A stretch of DNA of 64,000 bases, taken from contig OZ360244.1 in assembly GCA_977017645.1 (NCBI GenBank), positions 40,362,001-40,426,000 of the forward strand, in the 5' to 3' direction. This DNA comes from Torpedo marmorata. Lineage: Eukaryota. Shown one piece after another: positions 1 to 13,200 of the stretch (position 1 is the first letter of the stretch; each line of letters opens with the position of its first letter). The notes beneath the pieces were generated by a model that was not told the origin of the DNA, made no database searches, and saw only the letters and a list, made by a program, of their open reading frames with translations. A program made the translations under genes and the position numbers.

Positions 1-1011
1 TGATTGAGAAATTAGGAGAAGATTTGATTGCTCCAAGACATAATGAGTTAGAATTATTAATAACGAAAGCAAATATTAATAAGTTTATTTCTCAAATGTA
101 TAAATTATTTCAGAGAAAAATGCTTAAAGTAGGATTACATAAATCAAGATTAAAATGGGAATTAGATTTAAATATTAATATAGCTGAAAATCATTGGAAA
201 GATTTATGTAAGTTAAGTATGACTAAAGTCATTAATGTTAGATATAGATTAGTACAATATAATTTTTTCCATCAACTATATTTAACACCAAAAAAATTAA
301 AGAAATTTAATCCGACATTGTCGGATCTGTGTTTTAGATGTAAGAATGAAGTAGGTTCTTTTGTTCATTCTACATGGCTATGTCCAAAGATTCAGGATTT
401 TTGGTTGAAAGTTAAGAATTTTTTAGATAGAGTTTTTAACGTTATGTTTCCAATGGACCCTATGTTATTTCTATTTGGAGATATTAGAAAATTTAGTATT
501 AGGAATAGATTGAATATGTATCAGGTAGAATTTTTGCGAATTGCTTTAGCTGTCTCAAAAAAATATATTGCTATTACTTGGAAATCAGATTTAGATTTAA
601 GTTTAGATAGGTGGCATGCAGAACTTCGTTCGTGTATTCCTTTGGAAAAGATTACTTACAACTTACATAATAAATATCATTCTTTTTTAAAAATTTGGAG
701 CCCATATATGAGAATTATGGGTTTAAGGATTTGAAATCTCTAGAAATCAGGTCTATCGGCGAGTTTAACCTCCAGGATAGAATAAGATTTTAGATGGTTC
801 TCTCCTCACTATTAATCTATTAATCTATTTTTCTTTTTCTTTCTTTTTTTTAAACTATTTTTAGAATAGTGGGGTGGGGGGGGGGTTAGGGTGGGGTGGG
901 AGGGTTTGGGGGAGGAAATTTATATCACTTGTATTTTGGAAACTATATATTTTGATTTGTGTATTGTGTGATTTAAAATTTAAATAAAATAATAAAAAAA
1001 AAAAAAAAAAA
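1..1011 (+). mobile_element. L1-clade LINE 3' end, copy 1 of the triplicated insertion (cut by the window start)
   Basis: ORF2 C-terminus with the cysteine-rich CFRC...H...C motif, G-rich 3' UTR and poly(A), followed by the TSD agaaattctgcctgcc at 1012. Confidence 0.93.
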
Positions 1012-1176
1012 AGAAATTCTGCCTGCCCCACAGGAAAAAGAATCTCAGGGTTGTATGTGATGTCATGTATGTACTCTGACAAGAAAGCTGAAATATGAAC
1101 TTTGAACAATTAAACTTTGTGTAGAGATTGCGGAGAAAAAGCTTTGGGTTAACTAAACCTATTTGCATTTGAGCAG

Positions 1177-1290
1177 GGACTGAAACAACCGTTCAGGTGA
1201 CAACAGCGGGAACGACTCCATCAGAAACTTCAACATTAACAAGCACGACAGTTGTTTCCACGTCACCCACCGGAACACCAACCACAGAAG
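1177..1290 (+). CDS. Exon A of unit 1 (phase 1-1): (G)TETTVQVTTAGTTPSETSTLTSTTVVSTSPTGTPTTE
   Basis: gagcAG acceptor at 1175-1176 and GAAG|GTAACG donor at 1291; 2+111+1 = 114 nt; Thr-rich translation. Confidence 0.85.
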
Positions 1291-4200
1291 GTAACGACAA
1301 AGTCAAATATTGATGAAAATTATGATGTGGATGTTGATTTTAAGAAGATGTAACGGAGAAACAGATCAGCTTCAATTGACCGTTTCTTTTACAACCGATC
1401 ACTGGTGATGTGGGGTTGGACGTTGGATGGGGAAGGTAAATCTGACAAGATGCACAAATCTCACTCAAGGGTCCATATTTTTAACAGAAAGCACAACAAG
1501 TGGAGAGGAGTCAACGACGGGATCACCTTCCACTGAGAAACCAACAGTAACGAGCAGTCCGTCTGTATCAAGCCCATTCACAGGATCCTCCTCTTCAGCA
1601 GGTAAATGGAAGAGATCAAAGCCCTTTGCTTAAATTTGTTCCTCAATTACTTCTGCGACAACTGAGAGTGCAGAACAAAACATAGAAGAGACGATTTAAA
1701 AACAAACCGGTCCACTGAAAACGGCGATTGTTAAAGGCTTTGTGCAGCAGTTCGGGCAGAGTTTCAGCATGTAACCCCGATGAGGACCAGAATGTTCAGG
1801 GTGGTCACAGGGATTAACGCGGGGAGCAATTGAAGGTTTACGATACACTTTGTGACAAGTATCAGAAATTTGACATTAACGTGCAGCTTTTCTGTAATTC
1901 TTCAACGATACCTTGACTGTGCCAAATGACGTAATGTCCAGCATTTGCCACATATCAGTTGTTTTGATCGCCTGTTGGCTGTAAAACTAAAGCGGCAGCA
2001 ATTGAAATGCAGCTTTCCACTCCATTTGAAGGAAAGGCAAGATTCGAAGGTCAGATGTCCCATTGTGGCTCCAATCTATGAGTTCCTGAATCGCAGGAGA
2101 AACTGCAGCTTCTGACAATGTGTTTTCCAAATCTGGACTGATTACAATTAGAAAACTTAACGCACTCAACACAAACATTAGAAATTCTGCCAGCCTCAAA
2201 TTACGGAAACCTATTTATTACCAAGAACTTTTTTGAATGCTATTATTACAGTTATACCAAAGAAAGATAGAGATGTATTAAAAACTGAGTCATATAGACC
2301 TATTTCTTTATTGAATATAGATTATAAAATTATGGCAAAAATTTTGGCTAATAGAATAGCTAAATATTTACCAAATTTGATACATCCAGATCAAGCTGGT
2401 TTTATTAAAAATAGATATTCAAAAGATAATAAAGTTAGATTATTAAGTTTAATTAGTTTACATAAAAAGAAACTGGATTTACCATTGGTGGTAACGTTGG
2501 ATGCAGAAAAGGCTTTTGATAGATTAGAATGGAATTTTTTATTTAAGGTGTTAGAGAAATTTGGTTTGGGAATATTTTTATAAATTGGATTAAAACTATA
2601 TATAAGGAATCTACAGCTAAAGTAATTACAAATGGACAAATATCGTCAAAATTTTCTTTAACGCGTTCTACGAGACAGGGATGTCCTCTATCACCAGCTT
2701 TATTTGTTTTGGCAATAGAACCTTTAGCTGAATTGATTAGGATAGATCCTAATATAGTTGGGATTAAAGTTGGTATGGAAGAACATAAGATTAGTTTGTT
2801 TGCAGATGATGTATTAATATATATGACAAAATATATTACATCACTTCAACAATTAGCTATTATATTAACAGAATATGGTGAAATATCTGGGTATAAAATT
2901 AATTCAGATAAAAGTGAAATAATGGCTTTATCTCAAGGTGATTACACTAGGTGTAGAGCAGTTACGGAATTTAAGTGGGAAAAAGAAGGAATTAAATATT
3001 TGGGAGTTAAAGTAGATACAAAATTAGAAAATTTATATAAATTAAATTATATACCTTTATTTAAGAAAATAAAGAAAGATTTGGAAAATTGGAAAGATTT
3101 GCCTATGACTTTAATGGGGAGAGTAAATTGTATTAAGATGAATATTTTTCCAAGAATTCAATATCTTTTTCAATCAATTCCTTTTGGAATTCCAAAATTT
3201 TTTTTTAAAGATTTAAAGTTTATTGTTAGGAAATTTTTATGGAAAGGGAAGTTAGCAAGAGTAAGTATGGATAAGTTAGCATGGAATTATGAGATGGGAG
3301 GATTGCAACTTCCTAATTTTCAATATTATTATAAAGCAGCTCAATTAAAATTTGTAAATGAATTTTTTGATTTAACTAAAACTTCTGCTTGGGTTAATAT
3401 AGAATTAAATAATATAGGAGAAAATTATAAATAGGATATTATTTATAAGTGGAATTCTAAACTACTATTAGTAAAAAAGGAAAATTCACCGATTATTAAA
3501 CATTTGTTGGAAATATGGACACAGGTAGATAAAGAAATAGGTGGGAAAGGATTAATTTCTTTAAATATGCCATTATATCAAAATCCACTTTTATTATTTA
3601 CTATGAATAATCAATTATTGAAAGTATGGTTTCAAAAAGGAATTAAGAATTTTAAAGATTGTTTTGAGGCTGGAAGATTTGTTACGTTTCAAAGATTGAA
3701 GGAAAAATTTAATGTATTAGATAATATATGGTTATCTTATTATCAAGTTAAGACTTTTTTGATTGAGAAATTAGGAGAAGATTTGATTGCTCCAAGACAT
3801 AATGAGTTAGAATTATTAATAACGAAAGCAAATATTAATAAGTTTATTTCTCAAATGTATAAATTATTTCAGAGAAAAATGCTTAAAGTAGGATTACATA
3901 AATCAAGATTAAAATGGGAATTAGATTTAAATATTAATATAGCTGAAAATCATTGGAAAGATTTATGTAAGTTAAGTATGACTAAAGTCATTAATGTTAG
4001 ATATAGATTAGTACAATATAATTTTTTCCATCAACTATATTTAACACCAAAAAAATTAAAGAAATTTAATCCGACATTGTCGGATCTGTGTTTTAGATGT
4101 AAGAATGAAGTAGGTTCTTTTGTTCATTCTACATGGCTATGTCCAAAGATTCAGGATTTTTGGTTGAAAGTTAAGAATTTTTTAGATAGAGTTTTTAACG

Positions 4201-7200
4201 TTATGTTTCCAATGGACCCTATGTTATTTCTATTTGGAGATATTAGAAAATTTAGTATTAGGAATAGATTGAATATGTATCAGGTAGAATTTTTGCGAAT
4301 TGCTTTAGCTGTCTCAAAAAAATATATTGCTATTACTTGGAAATCAGATTTAGATTTAAGTTTAGATAGGTGGCATGCAGAACTTCGTTCGTGTATTCCT
4401 TTGGAAAAGATTACTTACAACTTACATAATAAATATCATTCTTTTTTAAAAATTTGGAGCCCATATATGAGAATTATGGGTTTAAGGATTTGAAATCTCT
4501 AGAAATCAGGTCTATCGGCGAGTTTAACCTCCAGGATAGAATAAGATTTTAGATGGTTCTCTCCTCACTATTAATCTATTAATCTATTTTTCTTTTTCTT
4601 TCTTTTTTTTAAACTATTTTTAGAATAGTGGGGTGGGGGGGGGTTAGGGTGGGGTGGGAGGGTTTGGGGGAGGAAATTTATATCACTTGTATTTTGGAAA
4701 CTATATATTTTGATTTGTGTATTGTGTGATTTAAAATTTAAATAAAATAATAAAAAAAAAAAAAAAAAGAAATTCTGCCTGCCCCACAGGAAAAAGAATC
4801 TCAGGGTTGTATGTGATGTCATGTATGTACTCTGACAAGAAAGCTGAAATATGAACTTTGAACAATTAAACTTTGTGTAGAGATTGCGGAGAAAAAGCTT
4901 TGGGTTAACTAAACCTATTTGCATTTGAGCAGGGACTGAAACAACCGTTCAGGTGACAACAGCGGGAACGACTCCATCAGAAACTTCAACATTAACAAGC
5001 ACGACAGTTGTTTCCACGTCACCCACCGGAACACCAACCACAGAAGGTAACGACAAAGTCAAATATTGATGAAAATTATGATGTGGATGTTGATTTTAAG
5101 AAGATGTAACGGAGAAACAGATCAGCTTCAATTGACCGTTTCTTTTACAACCGATCACTGGTGATGTGGGGTTGGACGTTGGATGGGGAAGGTAAATCTG
5201 ACAAGATGCACAAATCTCACTCAAGGGTCCATATTTTTAACAGAAAGCACAACAAGTGGAGAGGAGTCAACGACGGGATCACCTTCCACTGAGAAACCAA
5301 CAGTAACGAGCAGTCCGTCTGTATCAAGCCCATTCACAGGATCCTCCTCTTCAGCAGGTAAATGGAAGAGATCAAAGCCCTTTGCTTAAATTTGTTCCTC
5401 AATTACTTCTGCGACAACTGAGAGTGCAGAACAAAACATAGAAGAGACGATTTAAAAACAAACCGGTCCACTGAAAACGGCGATTGTTAAAGGCTTTGTG
5501 CAGCAGTTCGGGCAGAGTTTCAGCATGTAACCCCGATGAGGACCAGAATGTTCAGGGTGGTCACAGGGATTAACGCGGGGAGCAATTGAAGGTTTACGAT
5601 ACACTTTGTGACAAGTATCAGAAATTTGACATTAACGTGCAGCTTTTCTGTAATTCTTCAACGATACCTTGACTGTGCCAAATGACGTAATGTCCAGCAT
5701 TTGCCACATATCAGTTGTTTTGATCGCCTGTTGGCTGTAAAACTAAAGCGGCAGCAATTGAAATGCAGCTTTCCACTCCATTTGAAGGAAAGGCAAGATT
5801 CGAAGGTCAGATGTCCCATTGTGGCTCCAATCTATGAGTTCCTGAATCGCAGGAGAAACTGCAGCTTCTGACAATGTGTTTTCCAAATCTGGACTGATTA
5901 CAATTAGAAAACTTAACGCACTCAACACAAACATTAGAAATTCTGCCAGCCTCAAATTACGGAAACCTATTTATTACCAAGAACTTTTTTGAATGCTATT
6001 ATTACAGTTATACCAAAGAAAGATAGAGATGTATTAAAAACTGAGTCATATAGACCTATTTCTTTATTGAATATAGATTATAAAATTATGGCAAAAATTT
6101 TGGCTAATAGAATAGCTAAATATTTACCAAATTTGATACATCCAGATCAAGCTGGTTTTATTAAAAATAGATATTCAAAAGATAATAAAGTTAGATTATT
6201 AAGTTTAATTAGTTTACATAAAAAGAAACTGGATTTACCATTGGTGGTAACGTTGGATGCAGAAAAGGCTTTTGATAGATTAGAATGGAATTTTTTATTT
6301 AAGGTGTTAGAGAAATTTGGTTTGGGAATATTTTTATAAATTGGATTAAAACTATATATAAGGAATCTACAGCTAAAGTAATTACAAATGGACAAATATC
6401 GTCAAAATTTTCTTTAACGCGTTCTACGAGACAGGGATGTCCTCTATCACCAGCTTTATTTGTTTTGGCAATAGAACCTTTAGCTGAATTGATTAGGATA
6501 GATCCTAATATAGTTGGGATTAAAGTTGGTATGGAAGAACATAAGATTAGTTTGTTTGCAGATGATGTATTAATATATATGACAAAATATATTACATCAC
6601 TTCAACAATTAGCTATTATATTAACAGAATATGGTGAAATATCTGGGTATAAAATTAATTCAGATAAAAGTGAAATAATGGCTTTATCTCAAGGTGATTA
6701 CACTAGGTGTAGAGCAGTTACGGAATTTAAGTGGGAAAAAGAAGGAATTAAATATTTGGGAGTTAAAGTAGATACAAAATTAGAAAATTTATATAAATTA
6801 AATTATATACCTTTATTTAAGAAAATAAAGAAAGATTTGGAAAATTGGAAAGATTTGCCTATGACTTTAATGGGGAGAGTAAATTGTATTAAGATGAATA
6901 TTTTTCCAAGAATTCAATATCTTTTTCAATCAATTCCTTTTGGAATTCCAAATTTTTTTTTTAAAGATTTAAAGTTTATTGTTAGGAAATTTTTATGGAA
7001 AGGGAAGTTAGCAAGAGTAAGTATGGATAAGTTAGCATGGAATTATGAGATGGGAGGATTGCAACTTCCTAATTTTCAATATTATTATAAAGCAGCTCAA
7101 TTAAAATTTGTAAATGAATTTTTTGATTTAACTAAAACTTCTGCTTGGGTTAATATAGAATTAAATAATATAGGAGAAAATTATAAATAGGATATTATTT

Positions 7201-10200
7201 ATAAGTGGAATTCTAAACTACTATTAGTAAAAAAGGAAAATTCACCGATTATTAAACATTTGTTGGAAATATGGACACAGGTAGATAAAGAAATAGGTGG
7301 GAAAGGATTAATTTCTTTAAATATGCCATTATATCAAAATCCACTTTTATTATTTACTATGAATAATCAATTATTGAAAGTATGGTTTCAAAAAGGAATT
7401 AAGAATTTTAAAGATTGTTTTGAGGCTGGAAGATTTGTTACGTTTCAAAGATTGAAGGAAAAATTTAATGTATTAGATAATATATGGTTATCTTATTATC
7501 AAGTTAAGACTTTTTTGATTGAGAAATTAGGAGAAGATTTGATTGCTCCAAGACATAATGAGTTAGAATTATTAATAACGAAAGCAAATATTAATAAGTT
7601 TATTTCTCAAATGTATAAATTATTTCAGAGAAAAATGCTTAAAGTAGGATTACATAAATCAAGATTAAAATGGGAATTAGATTTAAATATTAATATAGCT
7701 GAAAATCATTGGAAAGATTTATGTAAGTTAAGTATGACTAAAGTCATTAATGTTAGATATAGATTAGTACAATATAATTTTTTCCATCAACTATATTTAA
7801 CACCAAAAAAATTAAAGAAATTTAATCCGACATTGTCGGATCTGTGTTTTAGATGTAAGAATGAAGTAGGTTCTTTTGTTCATTCTACATGGCTATGTCC
7901 AAAGATTCAGGATTTTTGGTTGAAAGTTAAGAATTTTTTAGATAGAGTTTTTAACGTTATGTTTCCAATGGACCCTATGTTATTTCTATTTGGAGATATT
8001 AGAAAATTTAGTATTAGGAATAGATTGAATATGTATCAGGTAGAATTTTTGCGAATTGCTTTAGCTGTCTCAAAAAAATATATTGCTATTACTTGGAAAT
8101 CAGATTTAGATTTAAGTTTAGATAGGTGGCATGCAGAACTTCGTTCGTGTATTCCTTTGGAAAAGATTACTTACAACTTACATAATAAATATCATTCTTT
8201 TTTAAAAATTTGGAGCCCATATATGAGAATTATGGGTTTAAGGATTTGAAATCTCTAGAAATCAGGTCTATCGGCGAGTTTAACCTCCAGGATAGAATAA
8301 GATTTTAGATGGTTCTCTCCTCACTATTAATCTATTAATCTATTTTTCTTTTTCTTTCTTTTTTTTAAACTATTTTTAGAATAGTGGGGTGGGGGGGGGT
8401 TAGGGTGGGGTGGGAGGGTTTGGGGGAGGAAATTTATATCACTTGTATTTTGGAAACTATATATTTTGATTTGTGTATTGTGTGATTTAAAATTTAAATA
8501 AAATAATAAAAAAAAAAAAAAAAAAAGAAATTCTGCCTGCCCCACAGGAAAAAGAATCTCAGGGTTGTATGTGATGTCATGTATGTACTCTGACAAGAAA
8601 GCTGAAATATGAACTTTGAACAATTAAACTTTGTGTAGAGATTGCGGAGAAAAAGCTTTGGGTTAACTAAACCTATTTGCATTTGAGCAGGGACTGAAAC
8701 AACCGTTCAGGTGACAACAGCGGGAACGACTCCATCAGAAACTTCAACATTAACAAGCACGACAGTTGTTTCCACGTCACCCACCGGAACACCAACCACA
8801 GAAGGTAACGACAAAGTCAAATATTGATGAAAATTATGATGTGGATGTTGATTTTAAGAAGATGTAACGGAGAAACAGATCAGCTTCAATTGACCGTTTC
8901 TTTTACAACCGATCACTGGTGATGTGGGGTTGGACGTTGGATGGGGAAGGTAAATCTGACAAGATGCACAAATCTCACTCAAGGGTCCATATTTTTAACA
9001 GAAAGCACAACAAGTGGAGAGGAGTCAACGACGGGATCACCTTCCACTGAGAAACCAACAGTAACGAGCAGTCCGTCTGTATCAAGCCCATTCACAGGAT
9101 CCTCCTCTTCAGCAGGTAAATGGAAGAGATCAAAGCCCTTTGCTTAAATTTGTTCCTCAATTACTTCTGCGACAACTGAGAGTGCAGAACAAAACATAGA
9201 AGAGACGATTTAAAAACAAACCGGTCCACTGAAAACGGCGATTGTTAAAGGCTTTGTGCAGCATTTAGGGCAGAGGTTCAGCATGTAACCCTGATGAGGA
9301 CCAGAATGTTCGGAGTGGTAACAGGGATTAACGCGGGGAGCAATTGAAGGTTTACGATACACTTTGTGACAAGTATCAGAAATTTGACATTAAAGTGCAG
9401 CTTTTCTATAATTCTTGAACGATACCTTGACTGTACCAAATTACGTAATGTCCAGCATTTGCCACATATCAGTTGTTTTGATCACCTGTTGTGTAAAAAA
9501 CTATAGCGGCAACAATTGAAATATGCCTTTCCACTCCATTGGAAGGAAAGGCAACATTGGAAGGTCAGATGTCCCATTGTGGCTCCAATCTATGAGTTCC
9601 TGAGTCGCAGGAGAAGCTGCAGCTTCTGACAATGTGTTTTCCAAATCTGGACTCTGATTACAATTGGAAAACTTAACGCACTCAACACTAACATTAGAAA
9701 TTCTGCCAGCCCCGCAGGAAAAAGAATCTCAGGGTTGTATGTGATATCATGTATGTACTCTAACAATAAATCTGAATTATGAATTTTGAACAATTTAAAG
9801 TTTGTGCAGAGATTGCAGAGAAAAAGCTTTGAGTTAACAAAACCTACCGGTATTTGTGATTGAACAGGGTCTGAAACAACTATTCAGGAGACAACAGAGG
9901 GAACGTCATCATTAGAAACTTCAACATTAACAAGCACGACAGTTGTTTCCACTTCACTCACCGGAACACCAACCACAGAAGGTAACGAGAAAGTCAAATA
10001 TTGATGAAATTCAGGGCGTGGATGTTGATTTTAAGGAGATGTAACGGACAAACAGATCAGCTTCAATTGACCGTTTCTTTTACAACCGATCACTGGTGCT
10101 GTGGGGTTAAACATTGGATGGGGAAGGTTTATCTGACATGATACACAAATCTCACTCAAGGATTCATATTTTTAACAGAAAGCACAACAAGTGGAGAGCA

Positions 10201-13200
10201 GTCAACGATGGGATCACCTTCCACTGAGAAACCAACATCAACGAGCAGTCCGTTTGTTTCAAGCTCAATCACAGGATCCTCCTCTTCAGCAGGTAAATGG
10301 AAGAGATCAAAGCCCTTTCCCCGAATTTGTACCTCAATTACCTTTGCGAGAATTGAGAGTGCAGAACAAAACATAGAAGAGACAATTTAAAAACAAACCG
10401 GTCCACTGAAAACAGCGATAGTTAAAGGCTTTGTGCAGCAGTTAGGGCAGAGGTTCAGCATGTAACCCCGATGAGGACCAGAATGTTCAGGGTGGTCACA
10501 GGGATTAACGCGGGGAACCATTGAAGAATTTCGATGCACTTTGTGACAAGTATCAGAAGTTTGACATTAACGTGCAGCTTTTCCTGTAATTCTTGAACAT
10601 TACCTTGTGTGTGCTAAATGACATAATGTCCAGTATTTGCCACATATCAGTTGTTTTGATCGCCTGTTGGCTAAAAAATCTGTATAGCACCAGCAATTGA
10701 AATGCACCTCTCCACTCCACTGCAAAGAAAGGCAACATTGGAAGGTCAGATGTCCCGTTGTGGCTCCAATCTATGAGTTCCTGAGTCGCAGGAGAAACTG
10801 CAGCTTCTGACAATGTGTTTTCCGAACCTGGACTCTGATTACAATTGGAGAACTTAACGCACTCAACACTAACAGTAGAAATTCTGCCTGTCCCGCAGGA
10901 AAAAACAATCTCAGGGTTGTATGTGATATCATCTTTTTTTTTTTTTTTTTTAAATATTTTATTTAAAATTTTTAAATCACACAATACACAGTTTAAAATG
11001 CAAATTCCTCAAATTACATGTGATACATTTTCACCCCCCCTCCCCCCACCCTCCCCTCCCTAACCCTCCCGAAAAGAAAGAAAGAAGAAGAAAAGGATAG
11101 AGTAAGGAGAATGTCAATCTAAAAAGAACAACTATAAACTGATCTTATTGTGGAGGATAGGCTCGCCAGCCAGACCCGATGTCCAGAGATCTTCAAATCC
11201 TTAAACCCACAATTTTTATATATGGGCTCCATACTTCCAAAAAGAAATGATACTTATCACGTAAATTATATGTAATTTTTTCGAGTGGTATGCAAGAACG
11301 CAATTCTGCGTGCCATCTTTCCAACCCCAAATCTACATCCGACTTCCATGTAGTGGCAATACATTTCTTAGAAACAGCCAAAGCAACACGCAAAAACTCC
11401 GTCTGGTACATATTCAATTTCACTCCAACACTGGTTCCTTCAATATCTCCAAACAAAAATATCATAGGATCCATTGGAAGTGTAGTTCCTAATACTTTAT
11501 CTAAAAAGTTTTTAACTTTCAACCAAAAATCATAAACTTTTGGACAAAACCATGTAGAATGTACAAAATAACCTTCCTCTTTATTACATCTAAAACATAA
11601 ACCAGATAATGTCGGATTAAATTTCTTTAGTCTTTTAGGTGTTAAATATAGTTGATGAAAAAAATTATATTGCACCAATCTATATCTAACATTAATAATC
11701 TTCGTCATACTTTGTTTACATAATTTTTTCCAGTGTTCTTCATCTATTGTTATATTCAAATCTTTTTCCCAATTTAATCTTGATTTATGAATTCCTGTTT
11801 TAGGAAGTTTCCTCTGTAACAATCTGTACATTTGAGAAATAAATTTAGGCACACCTCCATTAGTAACTAATAATTCCAATTCAGTCTGTCTTGGTAAGAT
11901 CAAGCCGCGGCCCAACCTTTCCCCTAAAAACGCCCTAATTTGATAATAAGCAAAGATTGTATTATTTGCTACCCTAAATTTATCTTCCATTCTCTGAAAC
12001 GTAATAAATTTACCAGCTTCAAAACAATCATTTATTTCCTTAATTCCCTTTTGGTACCAAATTTTAAATAGTTGATTATCAACAGTAAATGGAATAAGTT
12101 CATTTTGATATAGAGGCATTCTTCGAGAAATTGATCCTTTCGCTCCTATTTCTCTATCCACTCTATTCCATATTTCTAGCAAGTGCCTAAAAATAGGAGA
12201 ATTTTTCCCTCTTGTTAATAATAATTTAGAATTCCATTTATAAATGACTTCTTCTTTCAAATCCTCTCCTATATTATTTAATTCTATTCTCATCCAAGCA
12301 GAGAGCTTCCCTAAATCAAACAATTCGTTAATAAATTTTAGTTGGGCTGCTTTATAATAATATTGAAAATTAGGAAGCTTTAGACCACCCATTTCGTAGT
12401 TCCAGGTTAATTTCTCCAATCCTACTCTCGCCAACTTTCCTTTCCACAAAAATGTCCTAATAATTAAATTTAAATCCTTAAAAAACTTCTGAGGGATTTC
12501 ATAGGGAATTGATTGAAAAAGATACTGAATTCTCGGAAAAACGTTCATTTTAATACAATTTACCCTTCCCATTAAAGTTATAGGCAAATCCTTCCATCTC
12601 TCCAAATCCTTTTTTATATTCACAAATAGTGGTAAATAATTTAATTTATACAAATTGGATAATTTTGTATCAATCTTTATTCCCAAATACTTAATTCCTC
12701 CCTTTGCCCATTTAAATTGTGTAATTTCTTTACAATCGCTATAGTCCCCTTGTGTTAAAGGCATAATTTCACTTTTATCCGAGTTAATCTTGTAACCAGA
12801 TATTCCCCCAAATTCTTTCAATAAAACAGACAATTGTGTTAGAGAATTAATAGGTTCTGTCATATATATCAATACGTCATCTGCAAACAAACTAATTTTG
12901 TGTTCTTCCTTACCAACTTTAATACCTGCAATCTTACTATCTTGTCTAATTAATTCGGCTAAAGGTTCTATTGCTAAAACAAACAATGCTGGCGACAAAG
13001 GACAACCTTGTCTAGTAGATCTGGTTAAGGAAAATTTTGAAGATATTTGACCATTTGTGACCACTCTGGCAGACGGTTCTTTATATATAGTTTTAATCCA
13101 ATTAATAAATGTATTTCCAAAACCAAATTTTTCCAATACCTTAAATAAATAATTCCACTCTAATCTATCAAAAGCCTTTTCGGCATCTAATGTTAATACT

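Noticed and set aside
868-915. G-quadruplex or telomere-like G-rich tract
   Set aside because: It is the ordinary G-rich L1 3' UTR tract, present in every L1 copy here, with a single TTAGGG.
9285-9320. CTGATGAG resembling a hammerhead ribozyme core in a satellite
   Set aside because: It occurs in one unit only (most others read CCGATGAG or CAGATGAG), and there is no correctly placed GAAA or stems.
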